Shown piece after piece: positions 56,798 to 64,000 of a stretch of DNA of 64,000 nt. A model generated the notes under the pieces. The model had not been told where the DNA came from. It worked only from the letters and a program-made list of their open reading frames with translations, and did not search any database. Source of the stretch: Bacteroidota bacterium (GTDB taxonomy: Bacteria; Bacteroidota; Bacteroidia; Cytophagales; Cyclobacteriaceae); assembly GCA_039199635.1 (NCBI GenBank), contig JBCCSU010000001.1:72-64071 (forward strand), in the 5' to 3' direction. Position numbers and translations under genes: made by a program. The number at the start of each line of letters is the position of its first letter. Positions within the stretch are counted from its first letter, which is position 1.

Positions 56798-59495
56798 TAA
56801 TTTCTTTATTTCTGAAGATGTCCTTAAGCTTAACATTCTTGTCTTTAAAGATATACTTTCTAAGAAATCCTTCTAGCGGTAATACAGTTATAGCCACTAA
56901 AACCTGTACTGTAAAGTCAAAAATAGCCGAACTCTTCGTCTGAAATTCGTTTTCAGCTATTGTTTGAATAAACTCGATAATTATGATCAAAGTCATGAGT
57001 GCTAAAAGTCGACTTATCCATAAATATCTATCGCCGAGGCGCTTAATTCTTAAAGACATGACTAATAGAAGACCTAAGGCGGTAAATTCCAGCGCATAAA
57101 ACCATGGCCTTTTCCAGTAAGGCGGTACCACTTTAAAATCTATAACCTGTGCATCACTGATCACTCCGAACGAATCCCTAGCTCTTACCTTTAACTCATA
57201 ATCACCCTCTGGTAAATAGGGAAATGCGATCGTACTATAATCTGTTGACCAATCCGTCCAATCAGAAGAAGCTAAACCCGCCAGCTGATATTGATATTGA
57301 ATATCAATGATGCCAGAGTAATCAGGCTTGATAAATTCAAACTTCAAAGCGCTTTTATCTTGGTCTAGTATAAGTTTACCCGAAGCATTTACATTGCTTG
57401 AATCTGTAACCATACTTCTAAGCAGCAGATTATAGGTGGAACTTATCGGGCTACCTGATTCACTTTTAGCTTTCAACAACGTTTGGTTGTTGATCAACCA
57501 TACATTCTCCTTTTCTAATGATAGATAAGTAGGATTTTCAAAAACCGATAGCATGCTGAACTTATCGCCCGAATCAGCAATGCCCAGGCGGCTCCATCCC
57601 TCTGGTTCGAGTAACCAAATATCATTTCCGGCACCCTTTACATATTTTACGGATTCTGATATCTTGACAATTTTGTCCTCTTGTAGCTTATATTTTCCTC
57701 CGGCATTAATAAATAATATTTTCTCGCCTGAGGCGGCCCCATAGGTTTCGTAAAAGTAGGGGTTATCGAAGCTAACTTCTCCGGTATCGTCTAAATCCGA
57801 ATTAGATAGTGTGATCCAGATCATTTTGTTCGTGCCGCAGAACCAAATTCTATGAGTTTCATCTTCAAAAATGTGTGTTGTATAACTCGATAAATCACCG
57901 AAAAGGTAAAGTTCACGAGGCACACCGCCCATATCAAATACTTTGATCTCATTATTAGCAGTACTCAAAAAGGCCTTGTTATAGTGTGAGGAGAAATACA
58001 GCGAGCGCACCGGCTCATTTGCTATTTGAGTAGCCTTATTATCTATCACTTCAAAAAAGCCACTCAAACTACCTACTAGCAGTTGATTTTGGTTTGAAAC
58101 CAAGTCAGTAACTCTGGCCGTTATTTCTGCTACTCTTTCATAACGATACTGAATAGAGTGTAGCTTTTTACGGACTCTCTGTTCGGTTATGACTTTCTTT
58201 ACGTACGTGGGCTGGTTATTGGCACTATCAGGTATTAACTTCTGATTCTTTTCTTTTCTTTTTAAAAAGCTAAAAAGGCCCTTTCGTCTCTTTTTAGGTT
58301 CAGGATCAGGCACCTTTTCTTCGGCTATTTTCTCTGCGCCTTCTTCCAGTATTTCGCGGGTCTCCTCGTAGAGCTCATCTGTATATTGCTTATCTTCTTT
58401 TAGAAGGTATAACCCAGTAGTAGTACCTACATAAAGCTGACCCTGATGTACTACTGTGGACAGCAGCTCTCCTTCTAAACCATCATACCCATTAAAATTC
58501 CTAAAAGGAATGGACGGGGAAACTCTGGCGAAGCCTTTTCTATGTGAAATCCATAAACTTTTTTCACGGTCAGTACTAATGAGGTAGACCTCATCATCCG
58601 GCAGGCCACTGTCTGTATCTAGTATTTGCTTTAGCTTACCTGTAAGAGGATTAAGAAAAACGATGCCTCCGGTTAACGTGCTAAGGGCTACAAGCTCTGG
58701 CTTAATCCACTCTATTTGTTGTATTCTGCTGCGTGTAAGATAGCCGGCATCCTCAGGTTTTAGGGGCACCTTTTTCAAGGTTTCCTTTTCAATACGCCAA
58801 AGTGTTCCATCTTCCTTTTCTAATAGATACAGCGGCTCATCTTCATATTGAGATATAGAGCTCACAGAGATGTTTTCCAGGGATTTTTTAAAGGTGGGAT
58901 GTAGCGCTTCTCCTTCTGCATACAGTAAACCACTAACGGAGTTAGCCACGTGAACTTTATTCTCAAGCAATACCACTTCTGTCATAAAGCCACCGCGCTT
59001 TGATTTTATTTCTAGCGATTTACCGGTTTCTATAGAGTATTGGAAGAGTGCTTCATCATTAATACCGTATAGGTTACCCTGATGGTTGATCACAGAAAAA
59101 ATATCTGAGCCTACCAAAGCAGAATCAGAAAGCGTCTTATATCTTAAATTAAAAAAGCCTGTCTTTTCAAGCTTACCGAAGCCATTTCTACCAGCGGTGT
59201 AAACATTTCCTTGCTCATCGATGGTGAGTGCAAATACCGCGGTTGGTGTTTTAAGGAAATCCCAACGCTTTCCGTCAAATATGAGAATGCCCGTGCGATT
59301 AGCGATGTAGATTACTCCATTTTGATCTTGGAGCATATCAAAAGTAACCTCATCGTAATTACCAACCGGCTGGTGATGACTGAGAAAATAACCTCCTTCT
59401 TGCGCAAGTAATGGGCTCAGAGTCAGCAAAAAAAATGACAGGGAAAGTATTGCCCGAGTCGCTAACGTAGAAATCATAACACGGGAAACTAACAT
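56784..59495 (-). CDS. Beta-propeller + Y_Y_Y domain membrane protein with no cytoplasmic output domain
   Basis: QDQNGVIYIAN, GLPDDEV, YQYQLAG...LPEGDYELKVRA, PPYWKRPWF followed by about 3 TMs. Confidence 0.8.
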   Translation of the reverse strand: MLVSRVMISTLATRAILSLSFFLLTLSPLLAQEGGYFLSHHQPVGNYDEVTFDMLQDQNGVIYIANRTGILIFDGKRWDFLKTPTAVFALTIDEQGNVYTAGRNGFGKLEKTGFFNLRYKTLSDSALVGSDIFSVINHQGNLYGINDEALFQYSIETGKSLEIKSKRGGFMTEVVLLENKVHVANSVSGLLYAEGEALHPTFKKSLENISVSSISQYEDEPLYLLEKEDGTLWRIEKETLKKVPLKPEDAGYLTRSRIQQIEWIKPELVALSTLTGGIVFLNPLTGKLKQILDTDSGLPDDEVYLISTDREKSLWISHRKGFARVSPSIPFRNFNGYDGLEGELLSTVVHQGQLYVGTTTGLYLLKEDKQYTDELYEETREILEEGAEKIAEEKVPDPEPKKRRKGLFSFLKRKEKNQKLIPDSANNQPTYVKKVITEQRVRKKLHSIQYRYERVAEITARVTDLVSNQNQLLVGSLSGFFEVIDNKATQIANEPVRSLYFSSHYNKAFLSTANNEIKVFDMGGVPRELYLFGDLSSYTTHIFEDETHRIWFCGTNKMIWITLSNSDLDDTGEVSFDNPYFYETYGAASGEKILFINAGGKYKLQEDKIVKISESVKYVKGAGNDIWLLEPEGWSRLGIADSGDKFSMLSVFENPTYLSLEKENVWLINNQTLLKAKSESGSPISSTYNLLLRSMVTDSSNVNASGKLILDQDKSALKFEFIKPDYSGIIDIQYQYQLAGLASSDWTDWSTDYSTIAFPYLPEGDYELKVRARDSFGVISDAQVIDFKVVPPYWKRPWFYALEFTALGLLLVMSLRIKRLGDRYLWISRLLALMTLIIIIEFIQTIAENEFQTKSSAIFDFTVQVLVAITVLPLEGFLRKYIFKDKNVKLKDIFRNKEINESK

Positions 59496-59532
59496 TTTTT
59501 AGTCAATCCTCATAGCCGGGTCAGATTTTCGG

Positions 59533-60882
59533 TTAAACCACTCCTTGAGCTATCATAGCGTCAGCTACTTTTATAAAGCCGGCTATGTTAGCTCCGGCCA
59601 TATAATTCCCCTCATAGCCATATTTTTCGGCGGCTTGAAGGCAGTTATCATGTATGTTTTTCATGATGCTTTTCAATCGGCTGTCTACTTCTTCTGCGGT
59701 CCAATAGGACCCTAGGTAGTTTTGCATCATCTCTATACCTGAAGTGGCGACTCCTCCGGCATTGGAGGCTTTGCCAGGAGAATACAGCACATTATTTTCA
59801 ATAACGCATTCAATAGCCTCTTTAGTTAAAGGCATATTTGCACCCTCAGCGATAAGCTTTATATTATTCTTTATCAGGTTTTCGGCATCTTTTAGATTCA
59901 ATTCGTTTTGGGTAGCACATGGAAAGGCACAATCTGCTTTCGTTGACCAAAGGGCATTGCCCTCATCAGATTTGTTAGTCTCCGCATAGTCAGCTGATGA
60001 ATATTTTTCAGCATACTCCTTTATTCGGCCTCTTTTGTTGTTTTTCAGGTCTTTGATAAAGGCCAGCTTATCTTCATCTATTCCTTCCGCATCGTAGATG
60101 TACCCTGAAGAGTCTGAAACAGTAACGGGCTTACCTCCTAAATGAAGAATTTTTTCAATGGCGTGTTGCGCTACATTGCCTGATCCGGAAACCAGACAGA
60201 TCTTATCTTTTAGATCATCGTCTTGCTTAGCCAGCATATTTTCGGCAAAGTAAATAAGTCCGTATCCGGTAGCTTCGGTTCGCATCAGGCTACCGCCCCA
60301 TCCCACGCCCTTTCCGGTAAGGACTCCGGTGAACTCATTGCTTAGTTTTTTGTGCATGCCGAACATGTATCCCACTTCTCTTCCCCCTACTCCAATATCG
60401 CCGGCGGGCACATCTACCCTATGACCTATGTGCCGGATCAATTCGGTGTAAAAGCTTTGACAAAAGCGCATAACTTCACCTTCTGATTTTCCTTTAGGAT
60501 TAAAATCAGCACCTCCCTTTCCACCACCCATCGGTAATCCGGTAAGTGCATTCTTAAAGGTTTGTTCAAAAGCTAAAAACTTAAGTATACCCGGGTAAAC
60601 AGAAGGATGGAATCTGAGCCCTCCCTTATAAGGGCCGATAGCCCCATTCATTTGTACTCTGTAACCTCTATTCACCTGAACTTCGTTATTATCATCGAGC
60701 CAGGTGACACGAAAAGAAATAAGGCGCTCAGGCTCCAGCATACGTTCTAGTATCTTATGCTTACTGTATTTTGCATCTTTATCTAATACTGGTTTTAATG
60801 TATCGATAACTTCTTCGGCTGCTTGATGGAATTCAGGTTCACCTGGGTTACGGTTTTGGACTAATTCTAAAAGGTCAGACAT
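59533..60882 (-). CDS. gdhA: NADP-specific glutamate dehydrogenase
   Basis: GPYKGGLRFHPSV, GGGKGG, DVPAGDIGVG, SGSGNVA, EGANMP. Confidence 0.96.
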   Translation of the reverse strand: MSDLLELVQNRNPGEPEFHQAAEEVIDTLKPVLDKDAKYSKHKILERMLEPERLISFRVTWLDDNNEVQVNRGYRVQMNGAIGPYKGGLRFHPSVYPGILKFLAFEQTFKNALTGLPMGGGKGGADFNPKGKSEGEVMRFCQSFYTELIRHIGHRVDVPAGDIGVGGREVGYMFGMHKKLSNEFTGVLTGKGVGWGGSLMRTEATGYGLIYFAENMLAKQDDDLKDKICLVSGSGNVAQHAIEKILHLGGKPVTVSDSSGYIYDAEGIDEDKLAFIKDLKNNKRGRIKEYAEKYSSADYAETNKSDEGNALWSTKADCAFPCATQNELNLKDAENLIKNNIKLIAEGANMPLTKEAIECVIENNVLYSPGKASNAGGVATSGIEMMQNYLGSYWTAEEVDSRLKSIMKNIHDNCLQAAEKYGYEGNYMAGANIAGFIKVADAMIAQGVV

Positions 60883-61016
60883 TTTTTTGGGAAATTATTT
60901 TTCTTAAATTAAGTAGATATTCTTACGGATCAAACATTAGGCCGATCTGACCCAACGTAGAGGGTTTTTTCCGGCCACATAATTTGATCGGTGCTGTAGG
61001 AAAATTGTAGAAATTC

Positions 61017-63833
61017 TTACGCTATCAGCTTATCTTTCAAAAAGCCCGCAGTATGATTATTCGGAAGTTTTATCATTTCCTCTGGAGTACCGGTAAATGA
61101 TACACGGCCACCATTCTCACCACCTTCAGGGCCCAGGTCTATTACCCAATCAGCGCATTTTACTACATCCATATTGTGCTCAATTATAATGACCGAATTG
61201 CCTTGATCAATCAATGCGTTTACTGAAGTAAGTAGTTTGTTGATATCGTGGAAGTGTAAACCTGTGGTGGGCTCATCAAATATGAATAAGATGTGCTCCT
61301 TTTTTGAGCTGTTGTTTTTACCCAAGTAAAAGGCCAATTTCACACGCTGTGCTTCTCCGCCACTTAACGAATTGGAAGATTGCCCGAGTCCGATATAACC
61401 CAAGCCCACATCATAAAGCGGTTTGATCTTATTGATAATAGCACTTTTACCCTGGAAGAAATCCAGGCTTTCTTCCACCGTTAGATCAAGAACGTTGGCA
61501 ATGTTCTTATCGTTGAACTGAATATCTAGAATCTCCTGCTTGAACCTTTTTCCTTTACAGCTTTCGCAGGTAAGATAGATATCTGCCATAAACTGCATTT
61601 CTATCTTTACTACGCCCTCTCCCTGACAGGTTTCACAGCGCCCGCCATCTACATTAAATGAAAAATGTGATGGTTTGTAGCCGCGCTGTTTAGCCAGGGG
61701 TTGATCTGCAAAAAGTTGGCGTATGGCATCATAGGCTTTAACGTATGTAACAGGATTTGATCTACTCGATTTTCCGATAGGGTTCTGGTCTACAAACTCA
61801 ATTTGGGTTACTTTTTCATAATCTCCTTCAAGTTTAGAAAACTTACCTGTAGTCTCAGATACTGTACCTAATATTTTACCCACGGCCGGGTAGAGAATTT
61901 TCTTCACCAGGGTAGACTTACCCGAGCCACTCACGCCTGTCACTGCAGTTAATACACCTAGGGGGAATTGGACATCGGCCGATTTTAAATTATTCTCTGA
62001 AGCACCTGTTATTCTGATACTATCTTTCCATTTTCTGCGTGTTCCATTCCACTGTACCTCTTCACGACCGAGTAAAAAATCGGCCGTGTGCGAGGCAGTT
62101 CCGTTCAGGTCAGCTATTGTTCCTTGGAAAATAAGATCACCTCCATGCACACCTGCGTCCGGTCCGATATCAATGATTTGATCAGCGGCTTTCATTACCT
62201 CCTCCTCATGCTCCACCACGATTACCGTATTCCCCAAATCTCTTAGCGTTTTGAGTACTTCTACTAGTCTTTTGGTATCTCTTGGATGCAAGCCAATACT
62301 TGGCTCATCTAAAATGTACATGGACCCTACCAGTGCACTACCCAGAGAGGTGGCCAACTTTATACGCTGAAATTCTCCGCCTGACAATGTAGAGGTCATT
62401 CGATTTAAAGTGAGGTAGCCTAGTCCCACTTGCTCCAAGTAATGAAGTCTGCTTTTAATTTCCTTTAATAATCTGGAGGCAACTTTTTCTTGGTATGCAC
62501 TCAATGGCAGGTCTTTAAAAAAGGCAGATGACTTGGAAATAGGCATAAGTACCAGATCGCTAATAGAAGTATTGTTGATCTTAACATAAGCGGCATCTTT
62601 TCTCAGGCGTGTCCCCTGACAGTCAGGGCAGACGGTTCTACCTCGGTAGCGTGAGAGTAAAACGCGGTATTGTATCTTGTGCGTTTTGGTTTCCAGAAAC
62701 TTGAAAAACTGATTCAACCCATCGAAGTACTCGTTTCCATTCCAGAGAAGTTGTCTCTCTTTATCGTTGAGTTCTTCCACCGGTCTGTGGATCGGGAAAT
62801 CAAACTTGATACCATCTTTTAGCAGTGGAGCTAGCCATTTTTGCATGGTCTCACTTCTCCAAGGGGCTATGGCCCCTTCGTAAACGGATAAACTTTTATC
62901 CGGAATGACCAGGTCAGGGTCTATGCCTAATATTTTACCAAAACCTTCGCAAGTCCGGCAGGCTCCATATGGATTGTTGAAGCTAAAAAAGTTAACGGAT
63001 GGCTCTTGAAATTTAATACCATCAGCTTCAAATCGGTCAGAAAAAGATTTTCTCTCACCACCTACTACCTGAACATTACAATCTCCTAATCCCTCAAAAT
63101 AAGCTGTTTGAATCGAATCACTGAGCCGATAAACCGTATTTTCATCTTCTGCGTCCACCACTGATCGGTCAATGAGAATTTCCACCTCTCCGGATTTATC
63201 AAGTGTTGATCCATCGTTAAGCAGATCTTCAATAAATGACGTTTGGCCATCTATCAGAACTCTTGTGTAACCCTTACTCAGCAGAATTTCAAGCTCTTTT
63301 ACCAAAGAACGGCCTTTTGTAATCTTTAAAGGACATGAAATCATTACACGATCTCCTTTTTCATGGCCGTTAATAAAGTCCACGACATCAGTGACTGTAT
63401 CTTTTGAAACGCGTTCACCGCTGACCGGAGAATAAGTAATACCAATTCTGGCAAATAGCAGTTTTAAATAGTCATAGATCTCGGTAGTAGTTCCTACCGT
63501 GGATCTTGGATTCCTGGTATTTACCTTTTGTTCAATAGCAATAGCTGGTGAAACTCCCTTAATGTAGTCTACTTCCGGTTTCTCCATACGGCCCAAAAAT
63601 TGCCTCGCGTAAGAGCTTAGGCTTTCTACATACATTCGTTGGCCTTCTGCAAAAAGGGTATCAAAAGCAAGTGAAGATTTACCGGAGCCTGAAAGTCCGG
63701 TAACCACCACCAGCTTATTCCGTGGAATAGCCACGCTGAGGTTCTTAAGATTATTTACCCGGGCTCCCTTAACAATAATGAATTCTTTAGGGTCTAAAAG
63801 CTCTATATCTGCCGTTTTTGGAACGTTTTTCAT
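61017..63833 (-). CDS. uvrA: Excinuclease ABC subunit A
   Basis: Two ABC cassettes ([23 protein letters not shown]), zinc fingers; ATG 63833 preferred. Confidence 0.96.
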   Translation of the reverse strand: MKNVPKTADIELLDPKEFIIVKGARVNNLKNLSVAIPRNKLVVVTGLSGSGKSSLAFDTLFAEGQRMYVESLSSYARQFLGRMEKPEVDYIKGVSPAIAIEQKVNTRNPRSTVGTTTEIYDYLKLLFARIGITYSPVSGERVSKDTVTDVVDFINGHEKGDRVMISCPLKITKGRSLVKELEILLSKGYTRVLIDGQTSFIEDLLNDGSTLDKSGEVEILIDRSVVDAEDENTVYRLSDSIQTAYFEGLGDCNVQVVGGERKSFSDRFEADGIKFQEPSVNFFSFNNPYGACRTCEGFGKILGIDPDLVIPDKSLSVYEGAIAPWRSETMQKWLAPLLKDGIKFDFPIHRPVEELNDKERQLLWNGNEYFDGLNQFFKFLETKTHKIQYRVLLSRYRGRTVCPDCQGTRLRKDAAYVKINNTSISDLVLMPISKSSAFFKDLPLSAYQEKVASRLLKEIKSRLHYLEQVGLGYLTLNRMTSTLSGGEFQRIKLATSLGSALVGSMYILDEPSIGLHPRDTKRLVEVLKTLRDLGNTVIVVEHEEEVMKAADQIIDIGPDAGVHGGDLIFQGTIADLNGTASHTADFLLGREEVQWNGTRRKWKDSIRITGASENNLKSADVQFPLGVLTAVTGVSGSGKSTLVKKILYPAVGKILGTVSETTGKFSKLEGDYEKVTQIEFVDQNPIGKSSRSNPVTYVKAYDAIRQLFADQPLAKQRGYKPSHFSFNVDGGRCETCQGEGVVKIEMQFMADIYLTCESCKGKRFKQEILDIQFNDKNIANVLDLTVEESLDFFQGKSAIINKIKPLYDVGLGYIGLGQSSNSLSGGEAQRVKLAFYLGKNNSSKKEHILFIFDEPTTGLHFHDINKLLTSVNALIDQGNSVIIIEHNMDVVKCADWVIDLGPEGGENGGRVSFTGTPEEMIKLPNNHTAGFLKDKLIA

Positions 63834-63842
63834 GTGAGTTTG

Positions 63843-63850
63843 CAAAGATA
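63843..63850 (-). promoter_or_regulatory. Bacteroidota -7 box of uvrA
   Basis: TATCTTTG on the minus strand. Confidence 0.6.
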
Positions 63851-64000
63851 CAATACATTAAATAGAAGACGTATGTAGAGTGTAAAGATTAATAGAGTGC
63901 TAATTGTTCCGATGCCTTTAAAAATAATGTTGAGGCAGCGCTATAGAAGAAATACAAAAAATAATAGCTGCAATCCTTTGCCTTTTACCTTGTATTTTCT

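Noticed and set aside
60995-61015. TGTAGGAAAATTGTAGAAATT resembling the enhancer half-site
   Set aside because: Direct rather than inverted halves and no convincing sigma54 box before gdhA
1-64000. Prophage, integrase, transposase, rRNA
   Set aside because: No ORF with such motifs and no rRNA-like sequence recognised

Overview
Bacteroidota DNA, probably Cytophagales, judged from TAnnTTTG -7 promoter boxes, a TamL/TamB pair and Y_Y_Y-propeller and OMP_b-brl_3-type proteins. There are four zones. (1) 1-6500 is a tRNA-Val hotspot: a HigA-like antitoxin, an MFS pump, a tRNA-Val(GAC) gene split by two palindromic CCTGCC...GGCAGG insertions (one carrying a second complete tRNA-Val(GAC), with a deleted third copy nearby), then a divergent small ORF/XRE pair and a 1262-aa REase-like/degenerate-STAND/solenoid candidate defence protein. 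(2) 6600-10400 holds a periplasmic protein and an outer-membrane barrel with in-frame palindromic repeats in its leader, followed by a repeat-containing gap. (3) About 10400-50900 is a ~40-kb general-stress/envelope cluster: CheB/CheR-HK, four AsmA/DUF748/TamB-type proteins, TamA/L, two PAP2, PoxB-like, OmpA, AI-2E, YihY, EEP, small Pmp3/lmo0937/DUF1328 proteins, an NtrC-type sigma54 activator and several kinases. Its intergenic regions share sigma54-like -24/-12 boxes and a recurrent 16-18 bp palindrome. (4) 50900-64000 is housekeeping/metabolic: pflA-pflB, PagL-like barrel, TetR, propeller/Y_Y_Y protein, gdhA and uvrA. All family calls come from motif recognition by eye; no searches were run.
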